DNA of 64,000 bases. It comes from Mobula hypostoma (Eukaryota). Both the position numbers and the translations under genes were made by a program. Below are positions 36,826-51,348 of the stretch, piece by piece. The DNA is taken from assembly GCF_963921235.1 (NCBI RefSeq), contig NC_086097.1, positions 11,098,001 through 11,162,000 of the forward strand, in the 5' to 3' direction. A model generated the notes under the pieces. That model saw nothing but the letters and a program-made list of their open reading frames with translations. It was not told where the DNA came from and searched no databases. Every line of letters begins with the position of its first letter. The stretch's first letter is position 1.

Positions 36826-39800
36826 CATCTAAGGGGAGGTAATGGTGCAGCATTCCGCCTGTATCATGTCCGCCCAGATAACTTGTGATGCATTCTCAAT
36901 GTTTTGGGAACAGCTGCTTCCCCTCTGCCATCACATTTCTGTACAGTTCATGAACACTACCTTACTATTTTGTTTCTTACATTTTTATTGAAAATTATAG
37001 TTTTTTTTCAGTATCTTATGTATTAGGGTGGCACAATGGCATAGTGCTTAGCACAACGTTTTATCGTACCAGCAGTCAAGGTTCAATTCACGCCACTGGC
37101 TGTACAGAGTTTGTACATTCTCCCTGTGACTGTGTGGGTTTCCTCTGGGTGCTCGGGTTTCCTCCCACAGTCCAAAGACATAGCGGTTGGTAGGTTAATT
37201 GGTCATTGCAAATTGTCCCGTGATTAGGCTAGGGTTAAATCAGGGGTTGGTGAATGGTGCAGCTCAAAGGACTATTCTGCGCTGCAACTCAATAAATAAA
37301 TTGTACTGTACTGCTGCCACAGAACAAATTTCACGACATCTGTCAGTGATAATATACCTGATTCTGATTCAAGGCTATGGAGTAAGGTACTAATCCAAGG
37401 CAGGGGGACCAGCTGTACTATAGGGGCTGCCTAATTGCCGAAGGTTAGGGGGCCAGCTTGGGGTAGCGGGGGTTGGGCAGTGGCTGTTACAAGGTGTGAG
37501 CTGAGCCTAATGAGCCCAAAGCGTTTTAAGAGATTAGGGAAAGGAAGCTATCATCCGTTCTTTATTTGGCCTGCATATAGCTCCATTTCCAGTCCACGTA
37601 GGTAACCCTTTAATGTCCTTCCGAGTAGATAGTTGGCTATTGAGCAGCAAGGTAGCAAAGTGGCTAGCACAATGCTCTATCGCACAGACAACGCAGGTTC
37701 AATCTCCAGTGCTGCCTGTAAGGAGTTTGTACATTCTCCCTGTCACCACCCAGGTTTCCTCCCATACGTCCAAAGGCGTATCAGTTGGTAGCTTAATTGG
37801 TCATTGTAAATTGTCCCATTATTAGTCATAGCTCGAAGGGCTAGAAGAATCTGTTCCACTCTGTATAATCAACAAATATGTAAATGAATTAGAGTTCAAG
37901 TTCAAGTATATTGTCATATGACTGCGCACGTGCGCGCGCACACACTCACACAAATATACAAACGTTTGTAGATATATAACTGAACAATACAATGTTCCTC
38001 CCGACCACGGCACAGCCATAAAACATATATCACACACAGCCCATTAAACAAAATATTACCACAAAATAAGTGAATAAATATAACTCAAAAGTTAATAAAT
38101 GTAGTGCACAGCAGTGGTAAACAGTAAACAGTAAACAGCCCGCTGTCCTAGTGATGACACCTCAGTGGTGGTAGGGTACATACTAGGATGTATCTCAGCA
38201 TCATAAACAGAAAGTAATTAAATCGACGATATAAAATTTTACTCTTAATAAGATAGATGATAAAACAAAAACGATCCCAATAAAGGGAAGTAGTATTGGA
38301 CCAGGTTATTGTTGGCATGAGCCAAATCAGAGTGACAGGGTTGAGTGACACTGAATCTCGGTAACGAGAATAAAAAACACAAGAAGGATCATTTTCCTAC
38401 TACCTGCATACTAGCTTCTTAGCCTCACTAATATATTTTATAGACACCATAAAATCTGAGTTTGCCAAAAGGCACTTCATGAAAACTAAAAGGGCATGAT
38501 CTGAAGTCATCAGCAAATCCATGACTAACTCCAGATTTACATAAAGTCAGCTAGAACACAAGTTGTGATAGTCAACCAGCTACATTCCTCACCGCAATGC
38601 CCTGTCACTGACAGATATCACAGGATCACTAGAATTGGGCTGCAGAACAAGATAAATGAACGAAAGAGATGAAAAGAAATGGCAGCACTGAGTCAAGTTT
38701 CATATGACCAAAAGACCATTTGATATAGGTGCAAAATTTGACCCATCAAGTCTGCTCTGTCATCTCATCATGGCTTATCCATTTCCCTCTCAGCCCCAGT
38801 CTCTTACCTTCTCTCTGTATCCCTTCATGCCCAGAATAACCAAGAATCTATCAATCACTGCCTTTAATATACCCAAATGACTTGGACTCCACACCTACCT
38901 GTGGAAACAAATTCCACAGACTCTTTAGCTAAAGAAACTCCTTTTCATCTCTGTCCTAAGTGGATGTCCATCTAGTCTGAGGTTGTGTCCTCTGGTCTTA
39001 GACTCCCCCAACATAGGAAACATCCTCTCCATCCACTCTGTCAAGGCCTTTACCATTTGATAAGTTTCAATGAGATCGCCCCTCATTTTTCTGAATTCCG
39101 GTGAGTACAGGCCCAGGGCCATCAGAGCCAGTCATCCCACTCAGGGCAAGAAGACACCTGCCCACAATATCGAATAAAATATCTTGGAAGCATTGAAGCT
39201 GGAATCTCCTCACATTGTTCATGTTTAATTTTCTCTGGCAGTGCACTGTTCAGTGAGGTTACATAAAATTTCCCAGTGCATCCTTTCAAATCAGCCACTA
39301 ACCAATTTATCTCAAACAGAAGAAAACAAATTTCTTACAAACTCACAGTTTCTTACAATATCATTGTTCTAAGCTGGTTCCAGTTTGCTAAAGATGAGTG
39401 TAAATGGGTTAAGCAGTTCACCAGATGAGGGAGTGACCCAAGATCTAAGTCCTACTGCTTCTGTTAGTTATCGCTGATGTGACAAATGACAAATTCTGTC
39501 GAATGCCTTTTCTTCCATTCTTTGGTTAGTTTGCAATATGTCTGGCATCATTCAAATAAATACATATTCCTTATCCAAGAGAAAGCAAGAAGAGTAGAGA
39601 AAAGGTTAATCGGATAAAAGAAAGCCCTAGAGTTCCGAGAAATCCCATTACATTGAGAGAAGGAGGCCTTTCCAAAATGTTGACACGAGAGACTGCAGAT
39701 GCTGGAATCTGTCCAAAATGTACTTTCTTTTTTCTAAATAGTCAGTTTTTTGTGACAATGAGAGTTATTGTAAAGCAAAATGGTGAAGAAATACTTTTAG

Positions 39801-39983
39801 TCATTTAATATACAGTATTGTTTATTAAATATCAGAATTAAAAAAACTTGTTTTAATCAATTAGTGCTGTTTGCATATCCCTTGACTGTTAATATGGCCT
39901 ATATTATTCCCTTTCATGGAAAGATACTATAACATACAGCAGGACACAAGAATGTAAAAAATGGAGCAGAGAAAGGTAATTCA

Positions 39984-40220
39984 ACTCTGCCATGGATGGT
40001 CCCAAGCCAGGCTGTGAAAGGAGGAGGGTTGGGCATGGAGCAAGCAACCCCACCCCGTAAAAACCCAGAGCTACAGGAATGCCAGTAGAAGCTCCAGAAA
40101 CCTCATGCCTGGGAGAGCAAGGATCTTCGAAGACGATCTACACCTGGTGACAATATGAACGACTGGCCCGGGACAGAGGACTCTGATGAGCAGCCTATGC
40201 CCCAGTAGCGGTGATGAGCT

Positions 40221-40250
<30 letters not shown>
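39984..40250 (+). mobile_element. Short RTE-related retroposon with (AAG)n tail and 13-bp TSD
   Basis: GAAAGGTAATTCA (39971-39983) / GAAAGGTCATTCA (40251-40263). Confidence 0.75.
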
Positions 40251-40251
<1 letters not shown>

Positions 40252-42285
40252 AAAGGTCATTCAGTGTTCCTCTTCTTCGCCTCTCATCAAACATCAAGAC
40301 TAACCTCACTGTCATTTTCCTCAATAGCCTCTTATCCCTTCATTTCTTTAATATCCCAAAAAATATCCACCTTTCCTTTTGAATGAATCCACTGACAGAA
40401 TATCTGAAGCCCTCCAGTGCGTAGAGAATTCCAAAGACTCCACTCTGAGTATAGAATAATTTCTTCACCTCAATCACTTGTGGCAGATACTCAGACCTTA
40501 TACCTTGGTCCTGAACTCCTCAGACAAGGAAAACATCCAGTCTGTAACCAACCTGCGAAGCCTTGGAAGAGGGATTTTTAAAGTTTTGATGAGATCTTCT
40601 CTCATTTTCCTATATTCGAAAGTCATTTCTAGTCTGCTCAGTCTCTTAGCACAAAGCAAGCCCACCATCCCTGGAACCAGTCCAGTGAACCTTGAATACT
40701 TCTCAGTATGACAAGTACATTTTTGTTCAAGCAGAGAACTTAAACTGTACACAATATTCCACTTACAATCTCACCAAGGCCAGATATAATACTAATAAGA
40801 CCTTCTTCCTCTTGTAATCAAGCCCTTCTGTAGTAAAGACAAACATGTCATTTGTCCTCATATATACTTGGTGCATCTGCAGTAACTGTGTACTTACTCA
40901 CCAGATTCACTTTAAGCACCGTTATTCATTACTGCCCATTATGCTGCCAGCATTTAGGGCAACAATGCAGTTTCCTCTATCTCTGGCAGTGTTCAGGGCT
41001 TCCTTCATATGTCAGTAGTTTCCTCTTGGTTTTCATTATTGTCAGTCACGCAAGTCCCTGGTGGAGACTCAGGTATACTGTCGCACACAGATGTAGAAGG
41101 ATTCTTCATTACTGTTTCCGTAACAATTGTTTTTTTTGCCAGTCAGGGTTGTTAGCCCTGAGCTGAACCCCCAAACCTGAAGGACTGGTGGACCGCTCTT
41201 AGTCTGGCCTCTACTCTTTGACCTCTTTGGCATCGGTGACCCTACCAAGAACCAAAGTACAAAGCCCTGACTCCAGGTCATTGAGGCATACAAACCTCCA
41301 AACCACAACAAGGTTGTAGTACTCTTGGATAACTTTAAACTTCAAGACCATCTGATTTCTAACCCTTTAACAAATATTCTGCACATAAGTGATAGACTTA
41401 TGTGCACATAAGTGAATGAATTTTTAAGAGACGTAGAGTTATAGAAGAGAACAGCAAAGAAACAGGCCCTTTGGATCATCTAGTCCATGCTCAAACCATT
41501 TAAACTGCTTACTCCCATCAGCCTGCCCAGGGACCATAGTCCTCTATATGACTTTCATTCATGTACCTATCCAAACTTTGCTTAAACGTTGAAATCGAGC
41601 TCGCATGCACCACTTGAGCTGGCACCCCATTCCACATTCTCAACACCCTCCGAGTGAAGAAATTTCCCTTCATGTTCCCCTTAAACTTTTCACCTTTCAC
41701 CCTCAACCCATGACCTGTGGCTGTAGTCCACCCAACCTTAGTGGAGAAAGCCTACTCGCATTAACTCTATCTATACTCTTCAAAATTTTATATATCTCTA
41801 TCAAATCTCCTCTCAGTCTTCTGCATTGTAAGGAATAAAGTCCTCGCCCAATCACTCAGGTTTCTACACCTCATTGAAGCTTCTTTACATTCATTTTATT
41901 TTTTTATTTTTATTTAGAGATATAGCATAGTGACAGGCCCTTTTGGCTAATGAGCCCACACCACCCAATCACACCCATTTGACCAATTAAACTATTAACC
42001 GTCTTTGGAATGTGGGAGGAAACTGGAGCACCCGGAGGAAACCCGTTGGGTGACGGGGAGAACGCACAAGCTCCTTACAGAGGGGAGAATTGAACCAGCG
42101 CTGTATGTGCTGCACTAGCTGTTACACTACCGTGCCTCTCCAACTGCTTTAATCTTATTCCCACCAAGTTAGTACCATCAGCAAACTAGAAAATATAAAA
42201 TGTTATCCCCTCTTTCCAATACAGATCGTGAATCTGTGCAGCACTGATCCTGGCAATATCCATCCTGTCACAGCTTGGGAAGCAT

Positions 42286-42805
42286 CCATAGAACCATAGA
42301 ACACTACAGCACAGACATCAGGGCATTTGGCCCTTCTAGTCTGTGCTTTATTCCGCTCGTCCCATTGACCTGCATCCAGTCCATAACCCTCCAGCCCTCT
42401 CCCATCCATGTATCTATCCAATTCATTCTTAAAAATTAAGAGTGAGCCCGCATTTACCACATCAGATGACAGCTCGTTCCACACTTCCACCACTCTCTGA
42501 GTGAAGAAGTTCCCCCTAATGCTCCCCCTAAACCTTTCCCCTTTCATCCTAAAGTTACGTCCTCTCATATTTATCTCTCCTAATCTAAGTGGAAAGAGCC
42601 TACTCGCATTTACTCTGTCTATACCCCTCATAGTTTTGTAAACCTCCATCGTCCCCCCTCATTCTTCTACGCTCCAAGGAATTAAGTCCTAACCCATTCA
42701 CTCTTTCCCTGTAACTCAACTCCTGAAGACCCGGCAACATCCTAGTAAATCATCTCTGCACTCTTTCAGTCTTACTGATATCCTTCCAGAACTGCACACA
42801 ATTTC
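42286..42805 (-). mobile_element. CR1 LINE 3' fragment
   Basis: EVYKTMRGIDRVN...RGNFFTQRVVEVWNEL and a (CCATAGAA)n tail. Many similar CR1 3' ends occur elsewhere (e.g. 12475, 20440, 38700, 41435, 46770, 59730, 61000, 63300). Confidence 0.9.
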
Positions 42806-44249
42806 TTCCCAACATCATCCACTTCAATACATCACTCCCAATTTCATATACTCCAAATAATTGAAAACCTTCATAGTCACCACTAAATATGTAGAAAGCA
42901 CAGTATCTGCTCAAGTATCAATTAAAATTAGCTTCTTTGTTTTGAGAGTCAAATTCCTAATCCTTTTGACAGGCTGTGAAACACAGAAAACTGTGTGATG
43001 AATATCTTTACTAGGGCAGTATAATGATTAGCATTTAAAAGACTTGGATTATTGTCCTGCAGTTAAACCTACAACAGCAAAATGAAATTACATTCAAGTA
43101 ATGAAATAAATATAGACTAAAATGCCAGTAATAGTGAGCACTAAAACACCCGGAATGTTATCGAATCTGCTTGGTTGTGTGATATATTTTGCAAGTTATT
43201 ATGTAAATGTCATGTATGTAACATAATAACATCATTAGAGTGTGATGTAAGCACACATGTACTGATATTTGTCTGTAATACAGATATGGCAGTGTAGTGG
43301 TTAGCACAATGCTTCACTGTACCAGGGACTGGGTGCGATTCCTGTCACTGCCTGTAAAGAGTTTGAAAGTTCTTCCCGTGACTGTGTGGTTTTCCTCTAG
43401 GGGTGCTCCGGTTTCTTTCTACAGTCCAAGGATGTTGGTGGGTTAATTGGTCACTGTACATTGTCCCATGATTAGGCTACGGTTAAGTTGGGGTTTGCTG
43501 TGTAGCATGGATTGAAGGGCAGAAGGGCTAGTTTCACACTGTATTTCAATAAATAAATAAAACTATTGTTCCAAATTTCCAAGCTCTTCCTAGCATTCTT
43601 CCTAACATTAGAACTTGCTGGCACTACAGCGCAGTTCCATTTACACCATAACTTCCAGGAGAATTGTCACAAAAACATCTGTCCACCCTAAAACACATAG
43701 AGGTCTGAACAATTATTTGATCTAATCAACGTACATTACTTAATGGTGGCACTTACCATGGGGCCTCAAGAATCTACAGATGTAACACACAGAACCACAA
43801 ACCATAAGACATAGGAACAGAATTAGTCCATTTGGCCCATCGAGTCTGCTCAACTATTCAATCACGGCTGATTTATTTTCCCCCTCAACTCTATGCTCCT
43901 GCCTTTTCTCCATAGCCTTTGAGAACTTTACTAAGCAAAAAAAATCAAGTCACTTTAAATACACCCAATGACTTGATCTCCACAGCTGGCTGTTGCAATG
44001 AATTCCACAGATTCACCATTCTCTGGCTGAAGAAATTTCTCTGCATCTCTGTTCTAAATGGATGTCCTGTTCTATTATGAGGGGAATCAATAGGATGGAA
44101 TAGTCATAATCTTCTTCCAAGGATAGAAAAATAGAGGGCAAAGGTCTACATTGAAAGGGGAAAGGTTTAAAGGGGACGTAAAAGTAAGATTTTACACATG
44201 GAGAGTTGTGGGTATCTGGGATGAGCTGCTCGAGGAATTGGTGTGAGGC

Positions 44250-44582
44250 AGGTGATCATGGTCTCTATGACCATGATTGCTCTTGGCAAATTTTTCTACA
44301 GAAGTGATTTTCTATCGCCTTCTTCTGGGTAGTGTCTTTATAAGACAGGTGACAATATTCTTCAGAGATTGTCTGCCTGGTGTCAGTGTTCACATAACCA
44401 GGACTTGTGATATGCAACAACTGCTCTTACGACCATCCACCACCTGCTCCCGTGGCTTCACAGATTGGTGGGGAGGGGGGGGAACAGGAGCTACACCTTG
44501 CCCAAGGGTGACCTGCAGACTAGCAAAGGGAGGAGTGCCTTAAACCTTCTTTGATAGAGATGTATCTCTACCGCACCATCCA
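44250..44582 (-). mobile_element. SINE-like element with BovB/RTE-type tail
   Basis: Homologous copy at ~52535-52830, which retains the RTE-tail motif AGAAGTGGTCTGCCATTGCCTCC. Confidence 0.6.
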
Positions 44583-47364
44583 GGAGACAGGTATAATTAC
44601 TGTATTTCAGTTAAAAAACATTTGGATAGGTACATGATGTTATAGGTGCTGATGAAGGGTCTGGCCCTGAGTTGTTGACTCTTTTTTCCTCTCTTATAGA
44701 TGCTGCCTGATCTGCTGAGTTCCTCCAGCATTTTGTATGTGTTGCTCTGGATACATACATGGATAGGAAAAGTTTAGAAGAATGTGATCAAACACAGCTA
44801 GTCCAAGACCAAAGTCCAAAATGGTTCTTGATAAAAATTGGAGGAAAGTTTAATAGTGCTGACCATGTAATTGTGTCAAGAAACATTCAGAGTGTGTACT
44901 AATGAATCAGTTTTAGAAGTAGGCACAGAATTAGTTACCGAAGTGGAAACAGACCATGAGTTAAGTCAAAAGATCACACATTCTTCAGATTAAGCAATAA
45001 CTTCAGTAGACTAGATGAAGAAAGTCCAAAATCTGAGATATCCAGATGACAGATATAATTTCTATACATACTTGAAACCTTTTTTCTGAAGAGAGATTGT
45101 AGTGTGGTATATGGTATATTTAACACATGTAAGTACGTAATAAAATGATTTTACCACATACATGGTACAAACACGTGTTATGCCTTGTACTGAAGCTCCT
45201 TGTGTTTCCTAACTATAGTTAGGCCTTATCAGGACTACAAGAATGGTTGTCAGATCAGTTTCCAATACATGATAGATTCAATAGTGTGCTTTAGGGAAAG
45301 AAATTTACCATCCTTGAACTCTGTGATCAATGTGAGATTGCAGACCCATCAAAGTGGTTGACATTTACTGCTTCTGAAATTACCTTGCTCAAGATTGGCT
45401 TACAATTAGAGGCCAGAGAGTGATAATAGAGGGTTGTTTATTTGACTGGAAGCTTGTGATCAGTGTTGTACCACAAAAATTGGTGCTTGTTAATGATTTA
45501 ATTATGAGTGTAATGATTTAATTGTGAGTGTACAAGGTATAGTTAGCAAGTTCACTGATGACACGAAAATCAGTGTCGCTTGTTAATCAGACGATACTGA
45601 TGAGTTGGTAAAATGGACAGAACAGCAACAGATGAAAAACAAGAGATTTTGAAGATGCTGGAAATGCAGAATAACACACACAAAATGCCGGAGGAATTCA
45701 GTAGGTCAGGCAGCATCTGTGGAAAGGAATAAAGAGTTGACGTCTCAGGCCGAGAGCCTTCATGAGGACTGGAAAGGAAGGGGGCAGAAGCCAGAAAGAA
45801 AACTGATCTTGTTGAATGCAAAGTGATACCTTTTGAGTGGAATAATTAGGCTATAAATGGAAGGGCTGCAAGGAACAGAAGGAAGTTGATGTACTGTATA
45901 CAGATCCCCGAAGATGACAATACAAGATGGTTCAGAGGCATACAGGATACTTGCTGTCATTAGCCAGGGTATAGAATACGGTGAGGCCCTACACTGGTCG
46001 GGGTCAACCATGGATGTTGCATCCCAGCTGTCTCGGTGATATGCAAGCCAGGGGAGTACGATGCGAAGAGCAAGTTGTTGCCCATGTAGCAGACTCTCCC
46101 CTCCATGCAACTGATGAATCCAACGGAACGGCAGAGACTGAAACAGTTTGGCACCAGTGGTGTTGCAGGAGTTGCCAGTCAGCAAACTCAATATAGCGCT
46201 ACCTGAGGGACTCCAGCTCTGGAGTTTTCCTCAGGGCTTACTCCTGAAGCCTTCCCCATGAGTGGGTACAGCCGCAAGACAGCAGAAGTTTGAGATCAGA
46301 GTTTACCTTCTCTTAGATGAGCTGCCAGCAATGGCTGATGAGCCCCATCTGCCCAAAGTAGAATACAAGAACAGGGTACAACGTTCTAAAACTTAAAATT
46401 GCCCACAGTTAGAGCATCGTTTGCAGTTCTGATTGCCACTCTAAAGGAAGGATGCGACTGCACTTGAGAGGTTGCAGGGGAGATTTGCCAGCATGTTGAC
46501 TGGGATGGAATACCTCATTTGTCATGAGTGTTTGTGAGAGATAATGGAGAGAGACTGTGATTGCTTTCCTAGGTGCAAAAGGAATAAGAATGAACCTAAC
46601 TGGGCTATGCAAAGCTCTGAGGGCTATGGATAAGAAAGAAAGTGGAAATTATTCCCCTATTGCAGAGAAATATCTATCCAGGTTGAACAGATGTAAGGCA
46701 ATGGATGGGAGATCTAAGAAAGATAATTGTCACCCAAAGGATAGTTTCAGGGAGTTTTCATTGAAACTTTTCGAATATCAAAAGCCTTGAATAGAGAAGA
46801 CGTTGAGAGAGTGTTGCCTTTAGTGGGGGAGTCCAGAGGAAGGCCAGTGGGCATAACCTCAGAATAGAGGGACATCACTTTAGAACAGAGATGAAGAAGA
46901 ATTTCTTTAACCAGAGAGTGGCAAATCTGTGGAATTCAGCTGTGGAGGTCAAATCATTGGGTATATTTAAAGCAGACATTCACAGGTTCTTGATTAGTAA
47001 GGGCATCAAGGGTTACAGGGAGAAGGCAGGAGACTGGAGTTGAGAGGGATAATAAATCAGCCATGATAGAATGGCAGAGCCGAATCAAATGGGCCAAATA
47101 GCCTAATTCTGCTCCTATGGTTTGTGGTCTTATGGTTTTATAGAAGAGGGTATTGAATTAGCAGGACAAAGCACTTGAATTAACAGGACATAAAAGGATT
47201 TGGGCTGAGAATTGAAAACTGATATCAGTACAGACGGTCACTGGATTAACAGTATGGATGCATTGAGCCAAAGTGTTTCTTTCTATGATTCAATGCAAAT
47301 GAAAAGCCAAAGAAAAGCTGTTCGTCTGCAAGTCTTAGGATAGCATCTTCTCAGTCAGTTTGCT

Positions 47365-47815
47365 GAAAGGCTTGCACTTATATAACATCTCTCATGACTT
47401 CAGTGTCTCCTGAAAATGCTTTAGAACCATTGCAGTACATTTGAACTTTATGTTCTTTTGTAATGTCTGAACTCAATAGCCAACATGTGCACAGGGAAAT
47501 CGAAGGAACAGCAATGGGATAAAAACCCAATAATCTTTTATGATTTTGACTGTGGTACAATTAATAGCTAGCTCTAACTACCCTGTTTTATTTCAAAGTG
47601 GAGGCTTGGGATTCTCTACATTCACCTGAGAGAGAAAAATGATAGCCTCAGTTTTAACACTTCAGCCTGTGACAGCATTCCTGACAAGAAGCACTCCCTC
47701 AGAATTCCACTGGGGTGTCAGCTTGGATCTTGACACTTATGTCTCCAGATGGAACTTAATTCTAGAAACTTCTCCCTCAGAGATTCAGAATGGCAATGTG
47801 GCTTACGTTCATCTG
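47365..47815 (-). mobile_element. Old near-full-length DeuSINE
   Basis: Deu-domain remnant (CATTCACCTGAGAG...GCCTCAGTTTTAAC...GCACTCCCTCAG..CCACTGGGGTGTCAGC) and L2-type tail. Confidence 0.65.
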
Positions 47816-48105
47816 AACATCACCCTATTGAATCAGGGGTTATTTGTTTGGTTTCTATCTATAAGGAGGTAGTCTGTTAATAATATTAACATAGAAAACC
47901 TACAGCACAAAACATGTCCCTACCTTAGAAATTACTAGACTTCCCCATAGTCCTCTATTTTTCGAAGCTCCATGTACCTATCCAAAAGTCTCTTAAAAGA
48001 CCCTATCGTATCTGCCTCCACCACTATTGCTGGCAGCCCATTCCACGCACTCACCACTCTCTGAGTAAAAAAAATTGATAATGTTATTATTAGAATCATT
48101 CAATT

Positions 48106-48137
48106 CAGTCCTGAAGAAGGGCCTGAAACGCTGGCTA
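48106..48137 (+). ncRNA. Hammerhead motif copy with intact CUGANGA/GAAA core but shortened stem II and altered cleavage triplet
   Basis: CAGTC-CTGAAGA-AGGGCCT-GAAAC-GCT-GGCTA. Confidence 0.55.
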
Positions 48138-48912
48138 TTTATTCATTTCCATAGATGCTGCCTGACCTGCTGAGTTCCTCCAGCATTTTGTGTCTGTTGC
48201 TTTGGATTTCCAGCATCTGAGGAATTTCTTTTGTTTATTCAACTCAAGTTGATTGTTTCAATCATTTATTGCGATTGAATGAGCTTGAACATTTTTCTTT
48301 GAACTGGAGTATGAGAGGTGAATTGATAGAGGTGTACAAGGTGATAAGACAATGGAAATACCTAATAGAAGGGGGCAAAATTTTAAGTTGTTTTTAGGAA
48401 ATTACAGGGGGGAAGTCAGAGGTAGTTGTTTTTACCCAGAGAGTAAGGGTGCATTGAAAACACTGCCAAGGATGGGGTAGAGGCAAATATAATCGGAACA
48501 TTTAAGAAACTCTTAGATAAGCACATGGATGATACAACAATTAAGGACTAATTAGGAGGGAAGGGTTAGATTGAACTTTGAATAGGTTAAAAGGTCGGCT
48601 GAAACGCTTGTACTGTGCTGGAGTGTTCTATGTTCTATGCTCTGAATCAGAATCAGAATCAGGTTTAGTATCACTGGCATATGTCATGAAATTTGTTGTT
48701 CTGTGGCAGCGGTACATTGCAATACATAATAATGAAAATCTGTAAATTACAATAGCATGTATATTAAAAATTTTAATTAAATAAATAGTGCAAAAAGAGG
48801 AAAAAAAAGAAATGGAAACACGAGGAAATCTGCAGATGATGGAAATTCAAGCAACACACATCAAAGTTGCTGGTGAACGCAGCAGGCCAGGCAGCATCTC
48901 TAGGAAGCGGTA

Positions 48913-48949
48913 CAGTCGACGTTTTGGGCCAAGACCTTCGTCAGGACTG
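48913..48949 (-). ncRNA. Best-preserved minimal type I hammerhead motif, in a Penelope-derived insertion (48816-49115)
   Basis: CAGTC-CTGACGA-AGGTCTTGGCCC-AAAAC-GTC-GACTG: perfect stem I and GUC triplet. GAAA has become AAAA at a CpG site. Confidence 0.7.
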
Positions 48950-50567
48950 AGGGAAGAGCTAGTAAGAGATTTGAAAGTGGGAGGGGGAGATCCAAAATGA
49001 TAGGAGAAGACAGGAGGGGGAGGGATAGAGTCAAGAGCTGGACAGGTGATTGGCAAAAGGGATATGAGAGGATCATGGGACAGGAGGCCCAGGGAGAAAG
49101 AAAAGGGGGAGGGGGTGAAAACAGAAGTGGGGTAACTTTCATGGGTTCAATGTCCATTCAGAAATCTGATAGCAGAGGGGAAGAAGCTGATCCTGAATTG
49201 CCGGGTGTGTGCCTTCAGGCTCCTGTACTTCCTCCTTCATGGCAGCAATGAGAAGAGGGTGTGTGTTTGGTGATGGACGTCCTTCTTGAGGCATCACTCG
49301 TTGAAGATGTCCAGCTGACTGAATTCACAACTTTCTGCAGTTTATTTTGATTCTGTGCAGATCCCCCACCCCCCCCCCCATATCAGAGGTAATGCAGCAG
49401 GTTAGAATGCTCTCCAAGGTACATCGGTGGAAAGTTCGGAGTGTTGTTGGTGACATACCAAATCTCCTCGAACTCCTAATGAAATATAGCTGCTGTTGTG
49501 CCTTCTTTATAACTGCATCGATACGGTGGGCACAGGATAGATCCTTACAGATGATAACACCCAGGAGCTAGAAATGGCTCTCCCGGTCTCCTGCTGATCC
49601 CTTGATGAGTGACTGGTGCGTGTGACTGCACCTTACCCTTTCTGACGTCCACAATCAGTTCTTTGGTCTTACTGGCGTTGAGTGCAAGGTTGTTGCTCCA
49701 ACACCACTCAACCAGCTGATCTATCTCGCTCCTGTACACCCTCTCGTCACCACCTATAGCTGCTTTTACATATGACACTGCCTGTACCTATGATAAAGAT
49801 TTTGCATTGTGAGCTCAGATTTATGAAGAGAACAGGATCTAAAGAGCTACTGCACTTAGAGTACGTACCATCTACTAAAGAAAGCGTCTTGTACCTGAGG
49901 TATCATTCTTGGCGTGTTCCCTAAGATGAAAGCACAGTGTTCTAAAGTATTTGCATGTCCCAGTCCTCCGTTATTTTGCCTCATCTAAATTCTCAACTTA
50001 ATTTCTTTTTTAGTTTGCGGCATTTAGTGAACATGTAACAACAATTTTGAGAAACCAAACCAATTAATACATTACAAGCTGTGAAAAAAATTGACTATTT
50101 ACATTCAAACTCTGAACCATGCTGTGTTAAGGTACGTTAAACTACTGCTGTTCCGCAGTGTTTATGCTGATTGTTTTTGCACAGTATAATTTTCAAACCT
50201 GCGTCATGGTGAAAAATATGTTGCCTGAAAGGAAAACCTAATTAATCAACAAATGGCCATCGTTTCCAGCTAGGTTTAGTGCACAGGGTATATTTTGAGA
50301 ACAAAGTACTGTCAGTCACTTGAGGGCATTCAGGTCCAGAAGGGCTTTTATTTTGCTTTGTAGTGTTGTTCCTAGAGCTCCATTCCTCAGTATTGTTTTA
50401 GGATGGAAATAATAGATATCTCACCTCTTATAGGTCTCCATGAATCTCAGAGTGCTGGTGAATAAGATTGCTAAAGCAAGGCCAAGGGGTTCTGAAGGGC
50501 TTGTCTCTATGCTGTGTTACGTCATGACTCCATGAACTACGAAATTTTAGAAGGCCGGAGATAGCAT

Positions 50568-51348
50568 TAATTGGTTGTTGACTTCAGAAGGAGGAGCGGA
50601 CCGCACGGCCCAATTTACATCAGTGGTGCACAAGTGGAACAGGTCAAAAGCTTTAAGTTCCTCGGGGTCAATATCACAAATGACCTGACTTGGTCCAGCC
50701 AAGCAGAGTTCACTGTCAAGGAGGCCCACCAGCGACTTTACTTCCTGAGAAAACTAAAGAAATTTGGCCTGTCCCCTAAAACCCTCACTAATTTTTATAG
50801 ATGCACCGTAGAAAGCATTCTTCTAGGGTGCATCGCAACCTGGTATGGAGGTTGTCCTGTCCAAGACCGGAAGAAGCTGCAGAAGATCGTGAACACGGCG
50901 CAGCACATCACACAAACCAATCTTCCATCCTTGGACTCACTTTACACCGCACACTGTCGGAGCAGTGCTGCCAGGATAATCAAGGACACGACCCACCCAG
51001 CCAACACACTTTTCATCCCTCTTCCCTCCGGGAGAAGGCTCAGGAGCTTGAAGACTCGTACAGCCAGGTTTGGGAACAGCTTCTTTTCAACTGTGATAAG
51101 ACTGCTGAACGGATCCTGACCCGGATCTGGGCCGTGCCCTCCAAATATCCAGACCTGCCTCTTGGTTTTTTTTGCACTACCTTACTTTCCATTTTTCTAT
51201 TTTCTATTTATGAATTATAATTTAAATTTTTACTATTTACTATTGATTTGTAATCCAGGGAGCGGGAAGCGCAGAATCAAATATCGCTGTGATGATTGTA
51301 GGTTCTAGTATCAATTGTTTGGCGACAATAAAGTACAAAGTATAAAGT
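50568..51348 (+). mobile_element. Young 5'-truncated Rex1/Babar LINE with an open 182-aa C-terminal ORF (50571-51119)
   Basis: VVDFRR, FKFLGVNITNDLTWS, QRLYFLRKLKKF, FYRCTVESIL and LPSGRRLRS, followed by a 3' UTR and AATAAAGTA-type tail. Confidence 0.92.

Noticed and set aside
50571..51119. Host gene reading of the 182-aa ORF
   Set aside because: It is the C-terminus of a Rex1/Babar ORF, 5'-truncated, without ATG context and followed by a LINE tail.
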